A stretch of 64,000 nucleotides of DNA, taken from IMG/VR virus record IMGVR_UViG_3300028895_001083, one strand, 5' to 3'. This DNA is from a virus. Lineage: Duplodnaviria > Heunggongvirae > Uroviricota > Caudoviricetes. The notes below the pieces were generated by a model. That model saw nothing but the letters and a program-made list of their open reading frames with translations, ran no database searches and was not told the DNA's origin. A program made the position numbers and the translations under genes. Of this stretch, positions 26,245-35,164 are shown piece by piece. Each line of letters begins with the position of its first letter. Within the stretch, counting starts at the first letter, position 1.

Positions 26245-27094
26245 CTTCTGAAGACCAGGCTGCTCCCAGGTGTGTGCGACACCACCGTCGCAGTGCGTCA
26301 CCGTCACGGCCCTCTGAGAACTTCCGATAGTACGCTATCGGGTCCATAAAGAGCTGACTGACGGGTTTTGCCTCGGCAAATAGTGTCATCATCCTGGACC
26401 AATTGAACGCGAAGGCATGGCGCAGCTGGGTGTCGTTGTAGGACACGCGGCCCGCCTGAATCTCTTGTTGTACATGACAGACAATCGCCAGTGCGTTGAT
26501 TGCTGACTCTGCTGTGAAAAGCAGGTCGCCAGCACCGTCGCCGATGGAACCACCATTCTTCGCCATCCACACGTTATGCGTCGCGCCGTTCAGGTAAGCG
26601 ACCCACTCGTCTAGGATGTAGAGGGGGATCTGATTCCATTGGCGAGTTCTGCCGATCATGTACTGCGCGTACATTCGCGATCTGAGTCCGGTTGGGACAT
26701 ACCGGGCAGCATCCCTGATAGTGCAGGGCCGCGGCTCTTCGATGAGCGCGGTCCTGCCGTTCAAACAATAGAGTGCGTTTTCCACACCCGTGCCGGCACC
26801 ATGCTCGTTCCTCATGAGCGAGTTCACACCATGGGTCGCTTCATGCGCCCACGTGCCCAGATCTGAGTCACGGTAAGTCGCGGAGCTTGTCAGGCCCGTT
26901 GCGGGCAGCCGCGAATCAATGTCCGCCAATACCTGCCCCAACCGTGTGTCGTCTACCGCTCTGACAACCGGCGCGTAGGTCCACAGCGGTTCACGGGCAG
27001 CCTCATTGGAGCGATCGTCGCCGGCAGCGTACATTGGTCCCGCCAGTACGCTGCCGGCTGACGCCGCTATGAATGCCCGTCGTGATAGTTTCAT
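26222..27094 (-). CDS. Tat-signal secreted protein with HExxH (HEATH) zincin-like motif
   Basis: MKLSRRAFIAASAGSVLAG is a twin-arginine signal. WAHEATHGVNSLMRNEH...VEN is compatible with a gluzincin HExxH+E arrangement. Confidence 0.55.
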   Translation of the reverse strand: MKLSRRAFIAASAGSVLAGPMYAAGDDRSNEAAREPLWTYAPVVRAVDDTRLGQVLADIDSRLPATGLTSSATYRDSDLGTWAHEATHGVNSLMRNEHGAGTGVENALYCLNGRTALIEEPRPCTIRDAARYVPTGLRSRMYAQYMIGRTRQWNQIPLYILDEWVAYLNGATHNVWMAKNGGSIGDGAGDLLFTAESAINALAIVCHVQQEIQAGRVSYNDTQLRHAFAFNWSRMMTLFAEAKPVSQLFMDPIAYYRKFSEGRDGDALRRWCRTHLGAAWSSEVMWLVAT

Positions 27095-27144
27095 GGCGTC
27101 AAATATACCGTTCTTTCGGGATCCGGGGAGGACCAATTTTGTTA

Positions 27145-27915
27145 ATGGAAACAAAATGTGCGCATGCGCAGCAGGACTGGGCGACAGCCTTACTGCAGCG
27201 ACACGGCAAACTGATGGAAGTCGAGGAGATGGAGGCCCTCATTAAGAGGGGTAAGGCAGGGGACGACGACGCGCGGAACCGCGGGATTGCTGGTTGCTAC
27301 AGGCTGGCCTTTCAACAGGCCTGGCGCGCAGCGTACAACGATCCCCACTTCTCCGTCGACGATCTCTTCCAGGAGGCCGTGATCGGCCTCATGAAGGCAG
27401 TCGAGCGCTGGCGACCAGAAACGGGCAACCGATTCGTAACCGCTGCTTGGTTCTCGATCCATGCCGCAATCTCATGGTACAAAAAGTGCCATAGGCGCCT
27501 CGTATACTACCCGCCCCGCTGGGACGAAAAGGGTGTCAAGCGGCCGGACTGGACTAAAGACTGTCCGGAGCTGTTTGCAGACTACGTGTCGTTGCATAAA
27601 CGCGTGGGCACGGGCAATAGGCGAAATCCCGGGATATTCGTGTACGAGATGATTGAAGACGAGACGCTGCGCGACTTCGTTGCCGACGTCGAGAGCGAGG
27701 ACCAAGCCGATATGGTCTACGAGGCGTTCGAGAAGTTGACGGAGCGTGAAGTCGACATACTGCGGCGTCGCTATCTCGGCGACAAGCTTTGGGAGATCGG
27801 TAAAGTTTACGGAATCACCCGCGAACGTGTTCGGCAGTTGATCATCAAAGCCGAAAATATCATCCACAATCACGTCTTGAAAGAGCAAATCGATGGAGAC
27901 GCTGGTACTGCTTAA
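27145..27915 (+). CDS. Sigma-70 family sigma factor (phage-encoded)
   Basis: Region 2-like FQEAVIGLMKAVERW...FVTAAWFSIHAAISWY. Region 4 HTH EVDILRRRYLGDKLWEIGKVYGITRERVRQLIIKAE. Confidence 0.75.
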   Translation: METKCAHAQQDWATALLQRHGKLMEVEEMEALIKRGKAGDDDARNRGIAGCYRLAFQQAWRAAYNDPHFSVDDLFQEAVIGLMKAVERWRPETGNRFVTAAWFSIHAAISWYKKCHRRLVYYPPRWDEKGVKRPDWTKDCPELFADYVSLHKRVGTGNRRNPGIFVYEMIEDETLRDFVADVESEDQADMVYEAFEKLTEREVDILRRRYLGDKLWEIGKVYGITRERVRQLIIKAENIIHNHVLKEQIDGDAGTA

Positions 27916-28318
27916 ACCCGATACGCTCAAACGGGGCCTGGTGGGGCGCGTCCTCACCAGGCTCGAGGATCGGGGCATCCGCTTCCTGCGGGTGAAAGAG
28001 TTGATCATGCTCCCCCGCCACTGCGAGGAGTTGTACGCAAAATTCAAGGGCGAGCCCTACCTGCCTCGCATCCAAGAATTTATGACCAGCGGCCCGATCG
28101 AGGCCCGTGTGGCGCACGCGCCGCACGCGCCCGACGACACGATCACGATCGTACGGTCTGCTGTTGGCAGCTTCACGGCACCCGCTGCAGGCACCATCCG
28201 TGGTGACTTCGGCGCTGTCCGCGAAAAGAACCTGATACACGCCAGCGACTCGCCAAGTGCGGCCAAAGTCGAAATCGAGATATTCTTCCCGGGGTTCCCT
28301 GGAGATGTCGGCGACTAG
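27893..28318 (+). CDS. ndk: Nucleoside diphosphate kinase
   Basis: LVLLKPD, RGLVG, EFMTSGPIEARV, GTIRGDFG and NLIHASDS match the NDK signature including the active-site His region. ATGA coupling to the sigma gene. Confidence 0.85.
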   Translation: METLVLLKPDTLKRGLVGRVLTRLEDRGIRFLRVKELIMLPRHCEELYAKFKGEPYLPRIQEFMTSGPIEARVAHAPHAPDDTITIVRSAVGSFTAPAAGTIRGDFGAVREKNLIHASDSPSAAKVEIEIFFPGFPGDVGD

Positions 28319-28685
28319 GGCCTGGCGAATGCTGCGCGACCGCGACGGACTCCCTGCAACGCTGTTCCACGGCGTACGGGGAAGCCGGCTTCTGCACCTC
28401 GACCTTTGGTACAGGGCGGAAGAGAAGATTGCGTGGGACGGTGACAAACGGAAAGCGACGCACTACACGTCGGGATTCCACGTCATGCCCACCTACGAGG
28501 ACATACTGCGCTTCTCGAACCGGTTCCGAAACATCGATGACCTTGTGATCTGCGAGGTTGATGTAAAAGGGAAGCTTCGGAAGAAGAAGCACAGTCCTTC
28601 TAACATACTGCTCGCTCCCTGGATGCGTATCCTGGATGATCAGTGGGCAAACCGATTACTACTACCTGAAGTGAGGGCAAACTGA
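28305..28685 (+). CDS. Hypothetical protein
   Basis: ATG overlaps the ndk end by 14 nt; basic protein. Confidence 0.45.
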   Translation: MSATRAWRMLRDRDGLPATLFHGVRGSRLLHLDLWYRAEEKIAWDGDKRKATHYTSGFHVMPTYEDILRFSNRFRNIDDLVICEVDVKGKLRKKKHSPSNILLAPWMRILDDQWANRLLLPEVRAN

Positions 28686-29081
28686 ATGGCAATTTTTGGG
28701 TACATCCTCATCGGCTTCGTCGTCGGCATTTCTATGGGCTGGATGGGCGGCTTCGCCTTCGGCCAGATTAGCGAGAATGAGAAGCTCCAACGGCTTGCCG
28801 TGAAGCTGAAGCTCGCACGATGGGAGACCAACCACACTACCGGGAAGCCGTACTTCGTGTGGTACACCATCCACGGCATCATGACGATGCAGCAGGCAGC
28901 GCAGTCGAAGAGCACCTTCGCATACCCGCAGTTTTCGTGGGGGCTGCCTGCGGCTGTGTTTGGCGACGTGCCTGATCATGACGAATCGACGTATACCGGT
29001 GATTTGATCGACGGCGACGAACCCTTCGACCCGATGGAAGACGAGGAGGAGTTAGAGGATGAAACCGCAGACACGACGTGA
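28686..29081 (+). CDS. Membrane-anchored protein with acidic C-terminus
   Basis: N-terminal TM helix IFGYILIGFVVGISMGWMGGFAF; D/E-rich tail. Confidence 0.55.
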   Translation: MAIFGYILIGFVVGISMGWMGGFAFGQISENEKLQRLAVKLKLARWETNHTTGKPYFVWYTIHGIMTMQQAAQSKSTFAYPQFSWGLPAAVFGDVPDHDESTYTGDLIDGDEPFDPMEDEEELEDETADTT

Positions 29082-29568
29082 CTTGCTCACCGTGCTGATC
29101 TTCGCACTCATGCTTGCCGGCGTGATACTGGTCCTTGGAGCAGTCATGTGCACGCAATCGGACGGCGCTGAGCCGACCAGCAAAGCGAGCGCTATCATGC
29201 TTGAGCCTGAAGTGTGGTTCTCGGACGTACTGCTGCCCGAGGAATACAAAATTTCGCCTGGCCACTATGACGGCCAGGAGAAGCGATACCTGACGTGGGC
29301 CGAGGCGATGCGAAAGCGCGCGGCCGATCGACAGGCCTTTCTGAACTTCATACCCAGCGAGCAGCATCGCTATCGCCTGAACCTGTTCAAGATGGTCGAG
29401 GCGTACGAGCAGCTGCCCGATGGGGCGGACAAGGAACGCATGTTCCGCATCTGCCTACTTGAGTTCATGTTCGTAACCAACCGACTCGATCTCGATCGAG
29501 TGGAGCTTTACCCCAAAGATATGCCTGGAACCGCACGCCGGGCACTGCGCGACTTCCAACCGAAGTGA
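29059..29568 (+). CDS. Membrane-anchored protein
   Basis: N-terminal signal-anchor LLTVLIFALMLAGVILVLGAV. Confidence 0.55.
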   Translation: MKPQTRRDLLTVLIFALMLAGVILVLGAVMCTQSDGAEPTSKASAIMLEPEVWFSDVLLPEEYKISPGHYDGQEKRYLTWAEAMRKRAADRQAFLNFIPSEQHRYRLNLFKMVEAYEQLPDGADKERMFRICLLEFMFVTNRLDLDRVELYPKDMPGTARRALRDFQPK

Positions 29569-29664
29569 CAGCACTTCGCGGGGTCGAAGTTGCGTCAGCC
29601 AGCCACCGAGTGTGGCCTGTGCCAAAAGCCCACTCGGTAGGCTGGTCTTATACAAGGAGCCGCC

Positions 29665-30003
29665 ATGGACCGCATGATGACGATCAGCGAGGAGGAACGG
29701 GCGATCATCGAAGCGTGTATCGCCGACTGCATCGATGCAGTGACAAAACAACGTATGCTCTGCATGCGTGAAGACCGCTTGGCTCGTAAAGAACAGCTGC
29801 AGCTGAATGAGGAGTATCGTAAGCTGTCTCCTGCGGACCGTCGACAGACGGGAAGCGAACTGTTGCAGTTGGAGGTCCGAATGGAGGAACTCATAACTCG
29901 GTTCGACCCAGATGACTGGGAACCGACACCTGACATTGAGGAACTCTGTTTGGATGGACCACGTGACACCTCGTCGACCGAAACGAAATTTTCTTCCGGA
30001 TGA
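29665..30003 (+). CDS. Hypothetical protein
   Basis: AAGGAG SD. Confidence 0.6.
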   Translation: MDRMMTISEEERAIIEACIADCIDAVTKQRMLCMREDRLARKEQLQLNEEYRKLSPADRRQTGSELLQLEVRMEELITRFDPDDWEPTPDIEELCLDGPRDTSSTETKFSSG

Positions 30004-30069
30004 AGGAGTTAGTTCCTTCCGAAGGAAGGTACTGACTCCATTGCATTGCCTTCCGTAAGGAAGGTAATG

Positions 30070-30123
30070 TAATAAACGACTAAAGTTGGTCCAGAGGGCC
30101 AAAGGCACTTTAGTCGTTTATTA
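30070..30123 (+). repeat. 17-bp perfect AT-rich inverted repeat with 20-nt spacer
   Basis: TAATAAACGACTAAAGT ... ACTTTAGTCGTTTATTA. It is flanked by further hairpins (CCTTCC-GGAAGG x2, TCCCTC/GAGGGA, GGGGGCGG/CCGCCCCC). Confidence 0.5.
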
Positions 30124-30171
30124 TAAGGCGGGGTATGGATGTGCTCCCTCTGCTGAGGGACCCGTCCAATT

Positions 30172-30187
30172 TTATTCACGTGAATAA
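30172..30187 (+). promoter_or_regulatory. Palindrome-family site 3 (TTATTCacgtGAATAA)
   Basis: Perfect copy inside the structured 30.0-30.25 kb hub, 70 nt upstream of gene 30257. Confidence 0.55.
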
Positions 30188-30256
30188 GAAGCGTTCCCAG
30201 GGGGCGGTATGTGGCCGCCCCCATAAGTGTTGTTCTTTCCCAGAAGGAGGCCTCAT

Positions 30257-30790
30257 ATGGCCAAAGGAAAGCGAAAGAAGAAGCGTGCTCCGATGATCAG
30301 CAAGACCGAGGAGCTTGGCCCGAACGACCGGACCCTCTTGATCCGGCGGTATCGGAAGAAGTTCCCCAAGACTGACCGTGTCATCAAGATGAGCAATGGC
30401 CGGAAGCGCCGAATCAAAGGCATGCCGGCCACCGTTCTGTTGAACGAGAAGATCCTGCGAGATTACCCCCACAGCGGGGTCACCGCGCAGAACATCTACA
30501 ACTTCGACTCGGACGTCAAGAACGGGAAGAAATCGAAGCCGGTGGGCAAGTCCAAGAAGACGCCGGCACGGGCAGAGGCACAGACGCCCGAGACCACGAC
30601 CCCGCAGAAGAGCGTGGACCTCAATGGCATGTCGCTGGAAAAGTCGCAGACCCTCTTCGAACAGATGAAGACTGCGAAACCCACCGCCATGCCGCGACTC
30701 TTCGGTCAGTTCATGGCCGAGATGACGACGCAGATGGACAAAGCGACGGAATGGGCATCGAAAACCACGGTGTCCGATCTGATCAGCTAA
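30257..30790 (+). CDS. Basic (K/R-rich) protein, possible nucleic-acid binding
   Basis: GAAGGAGG SD. N-terminus MAKGKRKKKRAP. Confidence 0.6.
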   Translation: MAKGKRKKKRAPMISKTEELGPNDRTLLIRRYRKKFPKTDRVIKMSNGRKRRIKGMPATVLLNEKILRDYPHSGVTAQNIYNFDSDVKNGKKSKPVGKSKKTPARAEAQTPETTTPQKSVDLNGMSLEKSQTLFEQMKTAKPTAMPRLFGQFMAEMTTQMDKATEWASKTTVSDLIS

Positions 30791-31061
30791 CCCGGGCGTT
30801 TGCCACTCTCTGTCCTACACTTGCCACAGAGAGCGTGCCGGTTACCCCCTCCTAACCCGAGGGAAGGTGATCAGGCTCCGCGGTTCGTCCTTCATTGGGC
30901 GGCCGCGGCCTCGACCTGGGGTTCGGTCGGTTTGTGACGAACGCTAGTTGAATTCCCCCCAATTTAACCAGTGGTACCGCCAAACCCCAGGTCACAAAGC
31001 ATCAAAATGCGCGCCTTCTTGATGCCCTCAGAGGCGCGTGGGAAGATGCGTTCATGTACAG

Positions 31062-31098
31062 CGCCGCCCCACATCGTCGTGGGGCGGCGTCATTTCTC
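31062..31098 (+). terminator. GC-rich 11-bp hairpin plus T-rich tail (terminator or attenuator)
   Basis: CGCCGCCCCAC-atcgtc-GTGGGGCGGCG followed by TCATTTCTC, just upstream of the SD of gene 31117. Confidence 0.4.
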
Positions 31099-31116
31099 AC
31101 ACATAGGAGAGGACAA

Positions 31117-31395
31117 GTGAACAAGGAAAAACTCGAGATGCTCAACGCTATGGGCGCCCTGCTGGACGACCCGGAGACCGTTGACGAGATCGACGAAGTG
31201 CTCGCCCGCGGCGTACAGCTGGTCGAACACGTGCTTGGCGCTATCGCCGACGCCCCGCGTGCGAAAGTGACGGCCGACCACATCGCGAAGCTGTGTCGGA
31301 TGCAGTATCAATCGTTTTTGGACGCTGGCTTCAGCGACGGGCAGGCGTTTACGCTGCTGGTCGGCATCCGCGCCGGTCTCACGAAAATCAGTTGA
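31117..31395 (+). CDS. Hypothetical protein
   Basis: GTG with a TAGGAGAGG SD. Confidence 0.5.
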   Translation: MNKEKLEMLNAMGALLDDPETVDEIDEVLARGVQLVEHVLGAIADAPRAKVTADHIAKLCRMQYQSFLDAGFSDGQAFTLLVGIRAGLTKIS

Positions 31396-31814
31396 TACAT
31401 GTGCGTGTGGGGCTGTGGGCTTAGAAGCAGCCATCAGCTAAGGAGTGGCGAGTGGAAGTGCTCTGGACCGGGTTAGCCGCCCGGCCACCACAAGATAACC
31501 GTGCAGCATGACCGTTGGCAACGGATCGGCGGCTTCGACTGGGCATGGTGTCACCACCGGGAAGCGACAGCGGATGCGACGCTACGACCGGCCACGTACT
31601 ACCGAAAGGCTTCGGTCGCCGTAGCGAATCAGAGTTCGTGAAGTCAGAGGGATGCAGTTTGCTACGGTAGTACCAGCGGAGTCCGTAGTTAAGGTTGAGA
31701 GACGACAATCGAAGTGTCGGGAAAACAATGCTCTTCCAATGCTGTATTCGTAGCCCGTGGAGCCTTTGGCGTGACAGCACACCCCACGCACATTTTTACA
31801 AAAGGAGAGGAGTT

Positions 31815-32048
31815 ATGATCGCGCGAGCGAAACCCGGCTTCGACCCGGAGATCATTCGGTGTTCCGTGTTCGCTCTTCAGGTCTGCGTGCCTGCCACGTG
31901 GACTGACGAGGAGATCGAAGAGTTCGCTGAACAAGAGCACCCGGCCGGTGCTTTCGATGGGTGGCACATCCAGCGCGACGGGCCGTATCCGGAGCGCGTT
32001 TCATGCAATGACCGCGAGGGGTTCATCCACGTGGTCGTGGAGGTATAG
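31815..32048 (+). CDS. Hypothetical protein
   Basis: AAAGGAGAGGAG SD. Confidence 0.55.
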   Translation: MIARAKPGFDPEIIRCSVFALQVCVPATWTDEEIEEFAEQEHPAGAFDGWHIQRDGPYPERVSCNDREGFIHVVVEV

Positions 32049-32279
32049 ATGGGTAAAAAAACAATCTGTGACCTGTGTGGAGCCGACATCGAAAAAGGTG
32101 AGTGCTTTACGATAAACCTGCTGCCGCCCCGTAGTTTTAACGGGCGTGGCAAACACATCCGCACATGGGACGTCTGTCGCGAGTGCTTGGACTTTCCAAT
32201 CAGCGGATCAAAAATGCGCAACGTGCTTCGGCGTCTCATCCCGGACTTCGTGCGCAGACTCTGGAAGAAGAGGATGTAG
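32049..32279 (+). CDS. Zinc-ribbon small protein
   Basis: CDLCG...CREC. GGTGGAGG SD. Confidence 0.55.
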   Translation: MGKKTICDLCGADIEKGECFTINLLPPRSFNGRGKHIRTWDVCRECLDFPISGSKMRNVLRRLIPDFVRRLWKKRM

Positions 32280-32684
32280 ATGGGAATGGACGTTTCTGGA
32301 AAGAACCCCGACGCCCCCGTCGGTGAGTACTTCCGTGCGAACGTGTGGAGCTGGCGACCAATCCACCAGCTGATGTGCAAGCTTTGCGGCGACCTGCTCT
32401 CTGAGGGGTTGCTGGAGCAGATGAGCTATAACGACGGCGCAGGCCCTGACGACCAGGAAACCTGCACGCAAATGGCCATCAGGTTCTCCCAGTGGTTGGA
32501 GAAGAACCACAATGGGCACGCTGTCGATCTGGGGTGCTATTGTGCAGAGGGTACCGGACGCTTCGTAGGCGATGAAGAGCTCGCCCGCGGCGATCCGGTT
32601 GAAACCGCACACCGTACAAGTGATGCCCATCTGAAAAGTTGGGTACAATTTCTCCTCCATTGCGGAGGATTCGCAGTCGACTAG
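32280..32684 (+). CDS. Hypothetical protein
   Basis: ATG adjacent to the upstream stop; coding-like composition. Confidence 0.55.
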   Translation: MGMDVSGKNPDAPVGEYFRANVWSWRPIHQLMCKLCGDLLSEGLLEQMSYNDGAGPDDQETCTQMAIRFSQWLEKNHNGHAVDLGCYCAEGTGRFVGDEELARGDPVETAHRTSDAHLKSWVQFLLHCGGFAVD

Positions 32685-32697
32685 AAAGGAGGCGGCA

Positions 32698-33252
32698 ATG
32701 TCAGGTTTCGTGACCGACGGTCAGCAGATCCGTGACGTCCTGCTCTTGCTCAAGAGCAGCATCGCACGCGCGACCGACACGTACCAGGTGAGTCTTAAGC
32801 AGTACGACGACGAGGATCTCGGCGATCCACTCGACCATCGGGGGACGCGCCGCGGACTGCAGTACGATTACGTCTTGATCATGGAGATGCAGCAAGCGTA
32901 CAACCGGATGGTGTCGATCACCGTCGGGGACAAAAGCATGCTACTGTCTACGGCGGTCAAGATGATCGGTATACTCGGAGAGGACAAGAACCTGCTGAGG
33001 AAGGCACTGAAGGCCGACGGGTCGGACAATTGGTACGGTCGCAACGAGCGGACGTCCGAGACGATCGTGAAGAAGGTCATGGTGCCACGACCGGTCGCTG
33101 AGAGTTTGATTGAGACGGCTGAGAAGGAGGTGACGCAGATGCGTCGCGCCATCGGTCGTGGCAATCAAGAGCAACGAGAACTTACAGCTGAGAACACTGG
33201 CCTCCCCCAGGAGGACTTTGATCGCGCTGTTAAAGTGTTGACTGAAATGTAG
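32698..33252 (+). CDS. Hypothetical protein
   Basis: AAAGGAGG SD. Confidence 0.6.
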   Translation: MSGFVTDGQQIRDVLLLLKSSIARATDTYQVSLKQYDDEDLGDPLDHRGTRRGLQYDYVLIMEMQQAYNRMVSITVGDKSMLLSTAVKMIGILGEDKNLLRKALKADGSDNWYGRNERTSETIVKKVMVPRPVAESLIETAEKEVTQMRRAIGRGNQEQRELTAENTGLPQEDFDRAVKVLTEM

Positions 33253-33498
33253 GCGGCTTCGGCCGCTTGCGGGTAGTGGGAAAGTACCTAATTACCGCGA
33301 GAGCGGTGATACGCATGTCCAAATGCGCGGAAACGCCTGTGTAAGCCCTGGTAAAACCTCGGCGGCTATATGACCTCGTCCCTCGCAAATCGTGCGTGAT
33401 TAAGGGGTCCATGGCATCGAGATTATATGAGGGGGCAGCTCAAGTAAGCCTACCAGCATCTCACTTTCCTACTACCTTTTTTCACAAGGTGGTGACTC

Positions 33499-34326
33499 AT
33501 GGTCAAAGACCTGATTCTCGGTACGCCGTCACGGTCCCCTGCGGCCATGGCGGCGTACCATGCCACCGTTATCCCAAATGGTGGTGTAGTCGAAGACTGG
33601 CGAACCTATCTCGTGCCGCGGATCGCCAATATCCGTCGCGCATGGGTCGCCCGTGTCATAGCGCTCTTTAATGCTGGCTGGTCTGTTTTGCAAAGCCCCA
33701 AGCTCGCCTATGCGCAAAACTGTCTGCCGTGCATCTGCACATCAGACCCGATAACACAGACGTGCAAACTGATACCGTGCCCTTTCTGCCACGCCAGGAA
33801 GGTTGCCGATATCTACATGCGCGCCCAAAAGCTGATCATCAAGCTCGGTAACGTCCGCGTAATCAGTTGGCGACGAAAACACGGTCGGGCTGCCGTCGAC
33901 ATGATCTACCTGAACGAACACGGCCGTGTAACGGGGTTGGGTGAAGTCTTTGCAGAGCATAACGGCCGCCGACGCGAGATCCGCAGAACGCAGCTGCAGG
34001 CTGCATACGGTGGTGCACAGATGGTCACGATCGCTCCGCATACATTCGACCACCCTTCGCCGGAGGGTGCCTGTGGCCGCTGGCTCGTACAGCAGAGCGT
34101 TCTTGCTGTTGTGCCGCGCTATTGGCGTCCACCCAGAGGTATTCGCAAGCGTGCAGTCGTACGCACAAATCCCGATCCCCACGACTTGGCATACCAGGTT
34201 GGGCGGGCGTTTCGGTATCCGCAACACTGGCTTACCAGCGATCCGTGCATCATGCGTGACCTGCTGGAGGCTATGAAAGGCAGACGATTCAAAGAAATTT
34301 TTGGAGACTTACGTGGGTCAGTATGA
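33499..34326 (+). CDS. Cys-cluster (putative zinc-binding) protein
   Basis: AAGGTGGTG SD. Cluster CLPCICTSDPITQTCKLIPCPFCH. Confidence 0.6.
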   Translation: MVKDLILGTPSRSPAAMAAYHATVIPNGGVVEDWRTYLVPRIANIRRAWVARVIALFNAGWSVLQSPKLAYAQNCLPCICTSDPITQTCKLIPCPFCHARKVADIYMRAQKLIIKLGNVRVISWRRKHGRAAVDMIYLNEHGRVTGLGEVFAEHNGRRREIRRTQLQAAYGGAQMVTIAPHTFDHPSPEGACGRWLVQQSVLAVVPRYWRPPRGIRKRAVVRTNPDPHDLAYQVGRAFRYPQHWLTSDPCIMRDLLEAMKGRRFKEIFGDLRGSV

Positions 34327-35038
34327 TCCTATCGAGCGATTAGCATCGCTCGAGTCCAGACATTCCCTGTCGGCTCAAGAGCAGTTCGACATTATCTCCA
34401 ACGCCGTCGACTTCGCGAAGAACTCGCCGTTGGCGTTCGTACAGTTCATCGACATCATGGACGAGGAGCTGCAGTCGCCGCAGATGGCGGTTGCAGAGGT
34501 CAAAGACATGCTGCAGAACCCTGTGGCTGACCTCGAGGCTTTCTTCGACCGCGACCTGTCGTTGGCGTCGCTGAACAACCTCACCGAACTTGAGAGCTCC
34601 GGTGACGTGCCAGAGATGCCGTCGACCGATCTCATCAAATCAGCGGTGCTAGCAATGACGCCGTTCGACTACGAGCAGATGCGCTCCCATCTCACCATGA
34701 CCGACTTCGACTCGGCCTACCACGAAGGCGCTATTGTCACCGGGTGTTACACCCGTTTTGATGACGGTTCTATCGCTGCTGTCGCTCTCGTCCACGCCAC
34801 CCCCGCTAACGGCGGGCCGTACCTTGATGCGTGGCTGTGCCTGCCCCCGGACAAGTTTCCGGATACGCTGAATCCGTCGTTGCCTGCCACAAGGGATATG
34901 GACCAGATCTTCGAGTTCCAGTATCCTGATGGCACGTATCGCGTAATCAAACTCGTATCCGCAGCTGGCCAACAGGAATGTCCAGGTACAACGACGACAG
35001 ACACTGTGAGAAGCCACGAAGGTGCCTCCGGTGCATGA
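34301..35038 (+). CDS. Acidic hypothetical protein
   Basis: TTG or GTG (34313) start overlapping the upstream 3' end. Confidence 0.5.
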   Translation: METYVGQYDPIERLASLESRHSLSAQEQFDIISNAVDFAKNSPLAFVQFIDIMDEELQSPQMAVAEVKDMLQNPVADLEAFFDRDLSLASLNNLTELESSGDVPEMPSTDLIKSAVLAMTPFDYEQMRSHLTMTDFDSAYHEGAIVTGCYTRFDDGSIAAVALVHATPANGGPYLDAWLCLPPDKFPDTLNPSLPATRDMDQIFEFQYPDGTYRVIKLVSAAGQQECPGTTTTDTVRSHEGASGA

Positions 35039-35164
35039 ACATGTTCCTTTCCAAACATGCGGGCAACCGCATATGCCCGGACTGCACCGCGCATCCGCCG
35101 AATGTGAGCGGACTGCGTCGGGTGCACTTCGACCTTGACACCTATATGAGTCAGAAAGAGAAGG

